From assembly GCA_965212015.1 (NCBI GenBank), contig OZ243037.1, positions 192,001 to 256,000 of the forward strand: 64,000 nucleotides of DNA. The letters are read 5' to 3'. The stretch is from Cenarchaeum sp. (GTDB lineage Archaea > Thermoproteota > Nitrososphaeria > Nitrososphaerales > Nitrosopumilaceae). How positions within the stretch are numbered: position 1 is the stretch's first letter; each line of letters begins with the position of its first letter. Below, one piece after another: positions 18,720 through 28,494 of the stretch. The notes under the pieces are model-generated. The model saw only the letters and a list, made by a program, of their open reading frames with translations. It searched no databases and was not told the origin of the DNA. The position numbers and the translations under genes are program-made.

Positions 18720-19571
18720 ACGTCCCAAGAGCTGGAGCGCGTTTACACCATACCGCTTGGCAAGGTCCTGCTGTCGCCTGACAACCGCCGTGCAAAACGG
18801 GCAATCAACATGATAAAGGAGTTTGCCAGACACCACATGAAGGTGCAGGACATACGCATAGACGAGGACGTGTCACACCAGATCTGGCTTCGCGGAATCA
18901 GACGTCCACCAAGAAGGATAAAGGTGATAATGACCCGGACAGATGACGGCTTTATACTGGTATCCCCATTTGATGAAAAACTGGATCCCGACGCAAAGCC
19001 TGCAGACGTGCCAGAGCCGGCAGATGCGGCAGAGCCGGCAGATGCATCAGAATCAACTGGCGTGCCAGAGGGTGACGCGCTAAAGGATGCGGCGGAGCTA
19101 AATGACGCACCAAAAGCTGAGGTGCCGGAGTTAAAGGACGCGCCAAAAGGCGACGCGCCAAAAGCTGAGGCGCCGGAGTTAAAGGACGCACCAAAAGGCG
19201 ACGCACCAAAAGGCGACGCACCAAAAGGCGACGCGCCAAAAGGCGACGCGCCAAAAGCTGAGGCGCCGGAGTTAAAGGACGCGCCAAAAGGCGACGCGCC
19301 AAAAGCTGAGGCGCCGGAGTTAAAGGACGCGCCAAAAGGCGACAAACCAAAAGCTGCAAAATCAGAAAATAATACACCAAAGGATGATGCACCAAAATTA
19401 AAGGACGCGCCAAAAGGCGACAAACCAAAAGCTGCAAAATCAGAAAATAATACACCAAAGGATGATGCACCAAAATTAAAGGACGCGCCAAAAGGCGACA
19501 AACCAAAAGCTGCAAAATCAGAAAATAATACACCAAAGGACGCGGCACAAGACAAGGCCGCAAAAGAATAG
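18720..19571 (+). CDS. rpl31e: 50S ribosomal protein L31e with a long repetitive C-terminal tail; apparent ACG start
   Basis: The frame is open from 18720: (ACG)SQELERVYTIPLGKV...RAKRAINMIKEF...IWLRGIRRPPRRIKV. Follows rpl39e. Confidence 0.9.
   Translation, partial: TSQELERVYTIPLGKVLLSPDNRRAKRAINMIKEFARHHMKVQDIRIDEDVSHQIWLRGIRRPPRRIKVIMTRTDDGFILVSPFDEKLDPDAKPADVPEPADAAEPADASESTGVPEGDALKDAAELNDAPKAEVPELKDAPKGDAPKAEAPELKDAPKGDAPKGDAPKGDAPKGDAPKAEAPELKDAPKGDAPKAEAPELKDAPKGDKPKAAKSENNTPKDDAPKLKDAPKGDKPKAAKSENNTPKDDAPKLKDAPKGDKPKAAKSENNTPKDAAQDKAAKE
19080..19545 (+). repeat. Intragenic tandem repeats in the L31e tail
   Basis: 15-bp (KGDAP) and 48-bp units, and three 78-bp units starting at 19321, 19399 and 19477. 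Confidence 0.9.
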
Positions 19572-19712
19572 GCGCAAAAACACGCCAAAGCCGCCATAAA
19601 CCTAATTGTACATAATACGCCGGCCTTGCCAGTGTGCGGCAGCAGATGCGGCGCAAACTGTACGTCACCATACATGGAAAACTAAACGCGCGGCACGGGG
19701 TGTTTTAGCTAG

Positions 19713-20648
19713 TCATTCCAGCTGTGGAAGATCAATGCTGCATCCAATGCTGCACTCGGGCTCGTCCCAGTCAAGTGTGTCCCGGAGCGGTATCGCATCA
19801 AGCGGATCATATGCGTCAAAGCGCGTCTTGGTCTGCAATGCTGACACCATGACAATCTTGGAGTGCTCGGAGCTATCGGAGGTATAGTCTGCGTTTGTGC
19901 CAGACATGCCGCCTGTCAGGCCTGCGACTGTCTCTAGGATTCCGACAGGAATCCTGTCTGCGCCCAGGACGTGCAGAACGGTGCGGCCTGCGTCCCCCGA
20001 TGCAGAGTATAGCATCTTTAGTGAGTCCCTCAGCGACGTCTCTAGCTCAAGGCCGTCCTTGCTGGTGGAAATCAGGCTTGCCCCGTCGGGGATGCCCGAT
20101 GTTTTGAGCGAGCCTGCAATGTATGATATGGCAGAGTTTGTAATCTCGTGGCACTTTGCCTGGGTGAGGTCCGGGTTGCACTGCAGTATTGCGTCATTGT
20201 CCACTATGACGGTGCAGTCAGAGCTGGCCCTCAGCCTTTTTAGCGATATGGCAGAGCTGAACATCTTTGTGTTTTCAAACCCAAAGGGCATGATTGCAAA
20301 CGACACGGTGCTCTTGCCTGCGTCCCTGCAGATCCGGGAGACTATGGGCGATATCGCAGCACCGCTCTTGCCTGCAAGGCTTGCAATGATGACTATGGAC
20401 GAATAGCCAGAAACGGCATCCAGAATCTCATCTGACGATCTGCCTGCCGAGCCGCGCACAAGGTGGCCCGACGGGTTGATCACGCCCTGGTTGGATATCT
20501 CGATGCTTTTGCAGCCGGAATCAAAGTCGGCGGGATTGTTGCTTATCTGGAGGCACTCGCATCCGGTCTTTTCCCTTACCTGCAGTGCCACCCTGGCTCC
20601 TACGCCGCCTGCCCCTATGACTAGCATGGGCTCTGATAATTCGGCCAT
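19713..20648 (-). CDS. ftsZ: Divergent FtsZ/tubulin-family GTPase
   Basis: Motifs VIGAGGVG, degenerate signature LAGKSG, MPFGFE and IVDND. Confidence 0.8.
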   Translation of the reverse strand: MAELSEPMLVIGAGGVGARVALQVREKTGCECLQISNNPADFDSGCKSIEISNQGVINPSGHLVRGSAGRSSDEILDAVSGYSSIVIIASLAGKSGAAISPIVSRICRDAGKSTVSFAIMPFGFENTKMFSSAISLKRLRASSDCTVIVDNDAILQCNPDLTQAKCHEITNSAISYIAGSLKTSGIPDGASLISTSKDGLELETSLRDSLKMLYSASGDAGRTVLHVLGADRIPVGILETVAGLTGGMSGTNADYTSDSSEHSKIVMVSALQTKTRFDAYDPLDAIPLRDTLDWDEPECSIGCSIDLPQLE

Positions 20649-20718
20649 GCAGTAGGCTCTCTTTTTTGGATAAAAAACCTTCTTACGTAGTTTTAATCAG
20701 ATCCCCGATCTAAAAACT

Positions 20719-21987
20719 TTAACTTGCAATCTCGCCGATCAGGCTGTGGTTTGTGGACCCGGTTATCCTGACAGTACGTGACTGCCCGATGGCTGCCCCC
20801 TCTGCCACAAATACTGGCTTGTATGCGAAATTCCTGCCCTTGATCCCGTCCTGCGTCATCTCGTCAAAAAGCACATCACCCCGCCAGCCTATCCATCTGC
20901 GGTTGCCCTCGCGCGATATCCTGTCGGCTGCCTCGGCCACCGTCTTGCTTCGCCGCTTTATGGTGGCCACGTCGAGCTGATCCCTGCCTGCCGCCTCGGT
21001 CCCCGGCCTTGCGCTGTATCTGGAGAGGTTTGTTATCTCGGGCCTGGTCTCTGCGAGCAGCTCCATCGTGTCCCTGAAATCCTCGTCTGTCTCGCCTGGA
21101 AACCCCACTATAATGTCAGTCGATATCGTAAAGTCGCCGAATTTTTCCCTAAATCGCCTTGCTGCGTCCCTGAACGTCCCTGACGTGTGGCCGCGCTTCA
21201 TTTCGTGCAGGATGCGGTCGCTGCCGCTCTGTACGGGAATGTGCAAAAACCTGTACACCTTGTCGCTCCGGAACGATTCTAGCAGCCCGTCCCTGATTCT
21301 TGGCATGTACATGGGGTTCATCATGCCGACTCTGACCATAAAGTTCTGCGTAATGCCGGTGACGGCATTGACTAGCTCCGGCAGGTCGGCGCCAATGTCG
21401 AGGCCGTAGCACCCGTTGTCCGTCGACGTCAGCCAGATCTCCTGGCATCCCTCGTCAAGCTCAGTTCTTACCTGCCGCACAATGTCGCCTATTCTGTAGC
21501 TGTTCAGATCGCCCTTTGCGAGCTTTGTCTGGCAGAACGTGCACTCGCTCATGCAGCCGCCTGCAATCTCTACTATTCCGACTGCCCGGTTCAGCCTGAC
21601 TTTTGGCAGCCCGGTCTTGGATGCGTCGGTGTCTGCAAGCTCCACTGCCCTTCTGCCGCCTAGCGTGGCCTCGATTACCTGCAGCGTCTTTCCGAGTGCG
21701 TTGGGCCCAAGCAGGCTGGAGTTTTTGGCGAATCTCTCCACGGTTGATTGTTCTGCCTTTGGAAGGCATCCGGCGACTATCAGGGGCTTTTTGTTCAGGC
21801 TCTTTATGCGGTGGACCATCCTGTTTGCAGTGGCGTCCTTTACAGAACAGGTCACAACCAAGCTCAGGTCTGCGTCCTTTGGGGAATCGGCCAGGGCGTG
21901 GCCGCCGTTGACTATTATGCCCGATATCATCTCCGAGTCCGCAAAGCTTGCAGAGCACCCGTATGCCTCAACCCAAATTCTTGCCAT
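20719..21987 (-). CDS. tRNA methylthiotransferase (MiaB-like/archaeal e-MtaB), radical SAM
   Basis: UPF0004 N-terminus (GC..S, TCSV, AGC), CMSECTFC, PVQSGS, IIVGFPGE and a C-terminal TRAM domain. Confidence 0.92.
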   Translation of the reverse strand: MARIWVEAYGCSASFADSEMISGIIVNGGHALADSPKDADLSLVVTCSVKDATANRMVHRIKSLNKKPLIVAGCLPKAEQSTVERFAKNSSLLGPNALGKTLQVIEATLGGRRAVELADTDASKTGLPKVRLNRAVGIVEIAGGCMSECTFCQTKLAKGDLNSYRIGDIVRQVRTELDEGCQEIWLTSTDNGCYGLDIGADLPELVNAVTGITQNFMVRVGMMNPMYMPRIRDGLLESFRSDKVYRFLHIPVQSGSDRILHEMKRGHTSGTFRDAARRFREKFGDFTISTDIIVGFPGETDEDFRDTMELLAETRPEITNLSRYSARPGTEAAGRDQLDVATIKRRSKTVAEAADRISREGNRRWIGWRGDVLFDEMTQDGIKGRNFAYKPVFVAEGAAIGQSRTVRITGSTNHSLIGEIAS

Positions 21988-21990
21988 GAT

Positions 21991-23352
21991 TCATCCAAAC
22001 AGCGCGTCTATTTCCCTGTTTGTAAAAAGCCCCTTTGAGACTGCAAGCTCCCTTATCGTCCTTTTGGAGTCCAGCGATTCCTTGAACAGCTCGGCTGATC
22101 TCTTGTATCCTATCTTTGGTGCAAGCAGCGTCACAATCACGGGGCTGTCCTCTATGTTTTTGCGCAGCCCGTCCCTGTCGGAGCTCAGCCCGTCGATCAG
22201 GTTTGCAGAAAATACCGGCAAAAAGTTGCCAAGCATGTCAGTCGACTCTAGGACCGACTTTAGCATTCCGGGAAGCATTACGTTTAGCTCAAACTGTCCT
22301 GCCTGCGCCGCATGCGACACCGCAGTGTCGTTTCCGATTATCCCAAAGCATACCATGTTCATGCATTCTGCAAGCGACGGGTTTACCTTGCCGGGCATGA
22401 TAGACGAGCCTGCGTGGACCGCAGGTATTCCAACCTCGCCGAATCCGGCGACGGGGCCTGATGCCATCAGGCGTATGTCGTTTGCAATCTTGCCAATCTC
22501 TTGTGCAAGATTTCGCAGCGCCGACGAGTATCCGGCCACCGCAAGGCGGCTTTGCAGCGCGTGCTGCATGTCCTTTTCTGGCACCAGCCTAAAGCCGGAT
22601 ATCCTGGCAAGCTCTGCTGTGGCGGCCCTTCTGTAGCCCCTCGGGGTGTTGGCGCCGGTTCCCACCGCAGTTGCGCCAAGTGCGATGCGCTCCAGGCCTT
22701 TTTTTGAGGAATCAATCGACGCCTTTGCCATGGATATCGACGTGGCGTACGCTGCAAACTCGCCTCCCAGTGTTACTGGCAGCGCGTCCATCAGGTGCGT
22801 GCGGCCGATCTTTTTGTGCCGCGAAAACTGTCTTGCCTTTTTTCTCAGGGACTTTATCAAAGAGCCGACTCCTAGCTCCACGCCACGGTGGTTCATCAGG
22901 ATTGCCACGTGCATCGCGGTGGGAAACGTGTCGTTGCTTGACTGCGACATGTTGACGTGGTCATTTGGGTGCAAAAACTGGTACTGGCCCCTTTTTTTGC
23001 CCATGGATTCGAGTGCAACGTTTGCAATCACCTCGTTGGCATTCATGTTAAAGGCGGTTCCCGCCCCCGAGTTTATGGCGTCTATTATGAACTGATCATG
23101 GAACTTGCCGGACAGTATTGAATCGCACGCGCCGGCAATTGCACGCCCGCGCCTGGCATCGATTGCCTTTGCCTTTGTGTTTGCCACTGCGGCGGCGCGC
23201 TTTATCATGGCAAAGGACTCGACGAGGTTCCTGTGCGAGTACAGTCCGGTCACGTGATACTGTCTTGCCGCCCGCGCCGTAAACGGGCCGTAATACGCGC
23301 CTGCCGGAATCCTTATGCTGCCCAGCGAGTCGTCATCTGTCCTGTATTTCAA
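21991..23352 (-). CDS. fumC: Class II fumarate hydratase / aspartate ammonia-lyase family
   Basis: Signature GSSIMPGKVNP, plus HPNDHVNMSQSSNDTFPT and GRTHLMDA. Confidence 0.88.
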   Translation of the reverse strand: MKYRTDDDSLGSIRIPAGAYYGPFTARAARQYHVTGLYSHRNLVESFAMIKRAAAVANTKAKAIDARRGRAIAGACDSILSGKFHDQFIIDAINSGAGTAFNMNANEVIANVALESMGKKRGQYQFLHPNDHVNMSQSSNDTFPTAMHVAILMNHRGVELGVGSLIKSLRKKARQFSRHKKIGRTHLMDALPVTLGGEFAAYATSISMAKASIDSSKKGLERIALGATAVGTGANTPRGYRRAATAELARISGFRLVPEKDMQHALQSRLAVAGYSSALRNLAQEIGKIANDIRLMASGPVAGFGEVGIPAVHAGSSIMPGKVNPSLAECMNMVCFGIIGNDTAVSHAAQAGQFELNVMLPGMLKSVLESTDMLGNFLPVFSANLIDGLSSDRDGLRKNIEDSPVIVTLLAPKIGYKRSAELFKESLDSKRTIRELAVSKGLFTNREIDALFG

Positions 23353-23467
23353 ACAAGGTCTGTTGGCACTTTCTAGTTAATCACTCTTTTTGTTTGCGGC
23401 GTATTGGTGCCGGAATTTTAAAACACGTCCAAAATCATTATATAGGCATATGTGGGCTCTCTGATCG

Positions 23468-24868
23468 ATGAATAAGCGTATTAGTATGCTATTTACCATT
23501 GCTGCAGTCGCAGTGATGGGAGCTACGCTATTTGGAAGCACATACACGCAGACCCAAATCGTAGGTGAATCATCAGAGGTCTCCATTCAGGACGCCGACT
23601 TGATGCAACAGATCCACGATATGGGTGGTTTGCAGCTTGTAATGCCGCAGGCATTCGCAGAGACCGACTGTGGCGCGCTCGAATCCTCGGGACGCACCGT
23701 ACACGACTTTCAGCTGACAGGTGAAAGCGTCGAGATGCCCATAATGGGCGGAAAGACGTATCAGGCAATGTCCTTTAGCCAGCAAATCCCCGGGCCCACA
23801 CTTAGGGTGACTCAGGGTGATGTTGTAAAAATGACACTGACGATTCCAGCTACAGAGCCGGTAGGTCACGGCAACGACATGCACGCATCACAAATCTCGT
23901 CTGGCGCGTTTGAATCAGTCAATCCCGGAGAAACCAGCGTTTACTGCTATATTGCAGAATCCGCAGGCGTCTTCAAGTACCACTGTTCTGGCGTACACCT
24001 GGTGGGAATGGATCAGCATGTACTCTCTGGAATGTACGGAATTGCCATAGTTGATCCCGCCAACGGTTACAAAAAACTGATGGTGGAAAAGACAAGCGGA
24101 AGCGGGGAATTGGACAACAAGATCTATTCTGCCGACGCGCTGGAGTTTCAACTGCAGTACTCACAGCTGTTCCTGACTGACGAGGGATACTATGACGCAG
24201 GGGCAATGTTCAAGCATGACCAGGCACAGACGACGATAAACGGACAGGCGTTCGGCTATGTACCAAACGGCGTCCACAATGCCATAATCAAGGGCGATGC
24301 AAACAAGAATATTTTTGTCGCACAGCCGTGGAACGGGCTTGATCTCAAGCAGTTCCAGTCACAGCTGCTCTTTGTCGAAAACGACCAGCACGTGAGGCTC
24401 TTTGTTGAAAATCAGGCCAACGAACCCGTGTTCTTTCACATTGTCGGGGAAATCCTTGACAGGGTGACGCAGGGCAACAGGGTACAGTCGGCGGCAACTG
24501 AGACATGGCTTCTTGGCGGTTCACAAAACATGATAGTAGACGTTGTATTTGACGAGCCGGGAACCTATGCGGCGGTAAACCACGACTATGGCGCAATCTA
24601 TACGGGAGCGGCGACAGTCTTTGTTGCAGGCGATCCGTTTGGATTGAATCCAAGATTGGTGGATGCCGGCATTATAGATGCGGCCGTACCGTCATATGCG
24701 CACGTCCTAGGCAACCCTAGTGACGCAGTTCCGCCAACGGGACTCAACAGCATTGCGCATCCGGCAGTAAACGTACACGGCATGTATACTGACAAAGTAG
24801 CTCAAGACAAAATAAATGAAGGGGCACTCCCGTTGTGGGAGATTGTTCCTACCCTGCCTCCATTTTAG
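23468..24868 (+). CDS. nirK: Copper-containing nitrite reductase (thaumarchaeal NirK)
   Basis: Signal/TM N-terminus and Cu motifs PGPTLRV, HGNDMH, YHC...H....M, FHIVGE and VNHD. Confidence 0.9.
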   Translation: MNKRISMLFTIAAVAVMGATLFGSTYTQTQIVGESSEVSIQDADLMQQIHDMGGLQLVMPQAFAETDCGALESSGRTVHDFQLTGESVEMPIMGGKTYQAMSFSQQIPGPTLRVTQGDVVKMTLTIPATEPVGHGNDMHASQISSGAFESVNPGETSVYCYIAESAGVFKYHCSGVHLVGMDQHVLSGMYGIAIVDPANGYKKLMVEKTSGSGELDNKIYSADALEFQLQYSQLFLTDEGYYDAGAMFKHDQAQTTINGQAFGYVPNGVHNAIIKGDANKNIFVAQPWNGLDLKQFQSQLLFVENDQHVRLFVENQANEPVFFHIVGEILDRVTQGNRVQSAATETWLLGGSQNMIVDVVFDEPGTYAAVNHDYGAIYTGAATVFVAGDPFGLNPRLVDAGIIDAAVPSYAHVLGNPSDAVPPTGLNSIAHPAVNVHGMYTDKVAQDKINEGALPLWEIVPTLPPF

Positions 24869-24926
24869 GCACTCATTTTTTTTTAAATATCAATGAATTA
24901 TATTCCGTATGTCCACTCACACCGGC

Positions 24927-25859
24927 ATGGGCTTTGATGAATCCGTGCTGATATGCGACGAGGTGGATCCGGTACTCAACAAGATACTTGCAGACAACGG
25001 CCTTGGGGTGACCTACGAGCCGGCAATCACGCCGCAGCAGCTTCAGGAGCGGATCGGCCGGTTTGAGATAATCATAGTGCGCAGCAGGACAAAGCTTACA
25101 GCCGAGATGATCAAAATGGCCGGCAGGTGCAAAATCATAGCGCGCGTGGGGGTGGGCCTTGACAATATCGATCTTGACGCCGCAAAGGCCAAAGACATAC
25201 GCGTAATTAACGCAGCAGAGGGCGCAATGACTGCGGTGGCAGAGCTTGTCCTGGGCTTCATGCTGGGACTTGCAAGACAGATTCCGCGCGCAGACAGGGG
25301 AATCCGAAACGGGCAGTGGCTCAAAAAACAGCTAAAGGGAACGGAGCTAAAGGGCAAGTACCTGGGAATAGTGGGCCTTGGAAACATCGGCAAGCGCCTG
25401 GGAAGGCTTGCCCGGGGGCTGCACATGAACGTAATAGGGTACGACGTGGTGCCAATCGACGAGGAATTCTCAAGGGAGGTCGGGCTGATGAAGGCAGATC
25501 TTGACACCCTGCTGAAAAGCTCGGACTATATATCGCTGCACGTGCCGCTGCTGGACTCTACACACCACATGATAAACGCAGACAAGCTCTCAATCATGAA
25601 GCCCACTGCCAGGATAATCAACACGTCGCGCGGCGGCGTAATAGACGAGGATGCGCTTTATGACGCGATAAAAAACGGCCGCCTAGGGGGCGCGGCACTG
25701 GACGTCTTTGAGTCCGAGCCTGCCACGGCCAACAAGCTAGCAGAGCTCGACGAGGTGATTCTGACCCCGCACATGGGGGCCATGACTGCCGAGGCGCAGT
25801 CGCTGGCTGCAAACGTGACGGCAGAAAAGATTGTCCAGATTCTCAGAGGCGTCATTTAG
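24927..25859 (+). CDS. serA: D-3-phosphoglycerate dehydrogenase
   Basis: Motifs RVGVGLDNID, GLGNIG, INTSRG, LDVFESEP and TPHMGA. Confidence 0.88.
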   Translation: MGFDESVLICDEVDPVLNKILADNGLGVTYEPAITPQQLQERIGRFEIIIVRSRTKLTAEMIKMAGRCKIIARVGVGLDNIDLDAAKAKDIRVINAAEGAMTAVAELVLGFMLGLARQIPRADRGIRNGQWLKKQLKGTELKGKYLGIVGLGNIGKRLGRLARGLHMNVIGYDVVPIDEEFSREVGLMKADLDTLLKSSDYISLHVPLLDSTHHMINADKLSIMKPTARIINTSRGGVIDEDALYDAIKNGRLGGAALDVFESEPATANKLAELDEVILTPHMGAMTAEAQSLAANVTAEKIVQILRGVI

Positions 25860-25945
25860 GCCAAAATCCCCAAAAATTGACTGATTCGTGACAGCTTTTC
25901 ATCCTAGTGCTTTTAAGGGAGTGCCACAGAATCAATTCAACATTG

Positions 25946-26728
25946 ATGAGAAAACTTGGATGGATTGCCGCACTGGCGCTGGTTTTGGCCCCGTCGACGG
26001 CCTTTGCGGTACCGGAGACGATCGAAGTTGATCTTGACGGCACGACAGTACAGGTGGACTATGACGCAACGGGGCTTGCCGTATCGGACATTGATGTGAA
26101 TACGACTGAAAACCTGCTGACGATCTCCATTGACGTTACCGGCTCGCCGGGAATACTAGAGATTACATTTGATAGGATATTTTTCGACTCAGTCTATGAC
26201 GGGACTGACGAGGAGTTTATAATAATTGCAGAGGGAGACGAGCCCAGATCCGAGGAGATAACGACTAGCGACGAGAGCAGGACGCTTAGAATCGAGCTGC
26301 CAACCGGCACAGAAGAGCTTGAAATTTTCGGCACCTCGTTTGGCGGCAGTACTGACGATTCTGACGCAGAACGGGAAGCAGAAGAGCAGGCCGCAGCCGA
26401 TCTGGCAGAGGCAGAACAGCTAGAGGCAGAGCAGGCCGCAGCCGATCTGGCAGAGGCAGAACGGCTAGAGGCAGAGCAGGCGGCAGCCGATCTGGCAGCG
26501 GCCGAGGCGGCACAACAAGAGGCGGCTGATCTGGCAGGCGCCGAGGAGCCCGAGCTCTCCGATCCATGCGGGCCCGGAACGGTCCTCGAGGACGGAGAGT
26601 GCGTACTAAAAGAGCCTGCAGCAAAGCCAGTCGGGAGCGGAAAGGACCTGATATTTGGCGCCGCAGCCGGGTTTATAATCGCCATAATCGTGGTGCTGGT
26701 CCTCTGGGCAATCCGCAAATCAAGCTAG
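25946..26728 (+). CDS. Secreted/membrane-anchored protein with an acidic coiled-coil repeat
   Basis: Signal peptide, PEFG-like beta domain, 15-aa EQAAADLAEAE repeats, CGPGT..C motif and a C-terminal TM helix. Confidence 0.8.
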   Translation: MRKLGWIAALALVLAPSTAFAVPETIEVDLDGTTVQVDYDATGLAVSDIDVNTTENLLTISIDVTGSPGILEITFDRIFFDSVYDGTDEEFIIIAEGDEPRSEEITTSDESRTLRIELPTGTEELEIFGTSFGGSTDDSDAEREAEEQAAADLAEAEQLEAEQAAADLAEAERLEAEQAAADLAAAEAAQQEAADLAGAEEPELSDPCGPGTVLEDGECVLKEPAAKPVGSGKDLIFGAAAGFIIAIIVVLVLWAIRKSS

Positions 26729-27240
26729 GGCCCGCAGTCGCCGGCGTTTACAAGACTGTAATAGTCGTACGCCGGATGTTCTTTTGTCACGGAATACGGG
26801 ATTACGCCGAGTATCGAGGTCTTGACGTCCGTCCTTACAAGCATCATGCCGGGATCCAGCCTGGCCGGCACGTCGCCGGAGAACTGCCCGTCCATGTGCA
26901 AAAAAATATACTGTGACTCTGCGTACGACTCTGAGCGAAAGGTGCCGTTTAGGATTGAGGATGCGTATGGCGCAAGTGCGCCGGAGGCAAAGCTGTACGT
27001 GCCTTTTTCGTCGCCCTGGTATAGCACGGTAATGTCCAGTCCGGACATGCTCACATAAAACGGCGACGCGTTGCAGACTGCGATTGCCCGGCCGTTGCTG
27101 GCCTCAAAAAAGCTAAACGCCCCGCCGTCTGGGGGGCCGACCCGGAGATCCTCTAGTGCCGTAATGTTCCATGCGGAATATGCAAAAAATACGGCGATAA
27201 TGCACGATGACGCGGCCACTATTACGGTATGTCTGTCCAA
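26725..27240 (-). CDS. Hypothetical membrane-anchored protein
   Basis: Likely TTG start at 27240 (LDRHTVIVAAS...), just after the stop of the upstream gene. N-terminal TM helix. Confidence 0.7.
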   Translation of the reverse strand: MDRHTVIVAASSCIIAVFFAYSAWNITALEDLRVGPPDGGAFSFFEASNGRAIAVCNASPFYVSMSGLDITVLYQGDEKGTYSFASGALAPYASSILNGTFRSESYAESQYIFLHMDGQFSGDVPARLDPGMMLVRTDVKTSILGVIPYSVTKEHPAYDYYSLVNAGDCGP

Positions 27241-27242
27241 CT

Positions 27243-27866
27243 TTATACCGTAATCACGCCTGACCGGATTAAAAACTGGATGTTTCCTGCAAACTCGTCG
27301 TCGGTGACATGGCCCTGTACCCACCATTCCGCGCTGGCCTTTACCCACGGCGGGATGGCAGTCTCTGCGGCACCATGGGGGGCGTCTATCATGCCGTTTT
27401 GAATCATGAACACTATGGCGCCTGCAAACGCCTCGTCGGCAATCACGCCGCTTGTCCACAGCCTGCCGACGTCCTTTATCCACACCGGTATGACAGTGCG
27501 TCCCGAATCCCCGAGATAAAACCACGTCTCTGCCTCGGCGCCGTCGTACTGTACACTTATGGTGTATCTTCCCGTGGGGTACACCTGCGACTCGAACGGA
27601 AACGGCGAGACCAGGGTGGTGTTCTTTTGCGCTATGGCCATGATGATGGGCGAGCTGCCTTTTCCATACATGTCAGTAATGTATAGGGTTGCAGTATCGC
27701 CGCCCACATGCGGCACGATTATTTCAAGTGACAGGTAATCCCCGTAATAGTATGTCTCTTGCTCTGTGCTAATCAAAAGATCCTGCTGTGCAAGTGCCGG
27801 TGCGGCGCACAGCGCAACCAGGACTCCGGCAAGCGCCATTTTGTACAACGGGTGGACTGCGGGCAT
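27243..27866 (-). CDS. Secreted protein with two C-terminal IPxWxK..WW..G.I.D..F repeats (thaumarchaeal surface-protein module)
   Basis: Signal peptide, then IPVWIK...GMI and IPPWVK...GVI repeats. Confidence 0.78.
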   Translation of the reverse strand: MPAVHPLYKMALAGVLVALCAAPALAQQDLLISTEQETYYYGDYLSLEIIVPHVGGDTATLYITDMYGKGSSPIIMAIAQKNTTLVSPFPFESQVYPTGRYTISVQYDGAEAETWFYLGDSGRTVIPVWIKDVGRLWTSGVIADEAFAGAIVFMIQNGMIDAPHGAAETAIPPWVKASAEWWVQGHVTDDEFAGNIQFLIRSGVITV

Positions 27867-28034
27867 GCCCAATAAATATCCCAAAACCCCCTCCTTTGGG
27901 GATTCAGTGCAGACGGGCCGGCAGAAAGACAGGCGGCCATCCGGTGCCTGCGGATTCAAACGTCCCTCGTAAACCCAACCGATTGCGCAAAAAGATACGT
28001 TTCAGATATTAAGGGGGTTTTGTCTCCTGTCGAT

Positions 28035-28493
28035 ATGTCCAGCCATCAGGATCAGACTTGGCTCAAGCTATGGAAGAGCAACTCTTTTGACGCCCGCGAG
28101 AGGATAATCGCGTGGAGAAAGGAGGATGCCATAACCAGGATAGACAGGCCAAGCCGAATCCAGAGGGCAAGAAGGCTCGGCTACAAGGCAAAGCAGGGAA
28201 TCGTCGTAATCCGAATGCGCGTGGGAACAGGCGGCATGAGAAGGCAGCGCCCCAGGGGTGGCAGGAGGCCAAAACATCTTGGCGTCACCCGGATAAAGGC
28301 CGATTACAGCATGAAGCAGGTCGCCGAGCACAGGGTGCTAGAACGGCACCCAAACATGAAGCTTTTGGGATCGTACTTTGTCTACAAGGACGGCGCACAC
28401 TATTGGTTTGAGGTTATACTGGCAGATCCTCAGCATCCGAGGATTGCAAAGGACAAGGAACTGCGCAACAGGGTGCTTGTAGGTATAGCATAA
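28035..28493 (+). CDS. rpl15e: 50S ribosomal protein L15e
   Basis: RARRLGYKAKQG, GRRPKHLG and SYFVYKDG..YWFEVIL.DP.HP. Confidence 0.96.
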   Translation: MSSHQDQTWLKLWKSNSFDARERIIAWRKEDAITRIDRPSRIQRARRLGYKAKQGIVVIRMRVGTGGMRRQRPRGGRRPKHLGVTRIKADYSMKQVAEHRVLERHPNMKLLGSYFVYKDGAHYWFEVILADPQHPRIAKDKELRNRVLVGIA

Positions 28494-28494
28494 A

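Noticed and set aside
18743-19675. Long antisense ORFs (310 and 239 aa) with FGASP repeats
   Set aside because: These are shadows of the repetitive rpl31e tail on the opposite strand.
19713-20648. Degenerate GTPase signature in FtsZ as a novelty
   Set aside because: A divergent FtsZ is an established feature of Thaumarchaeota.
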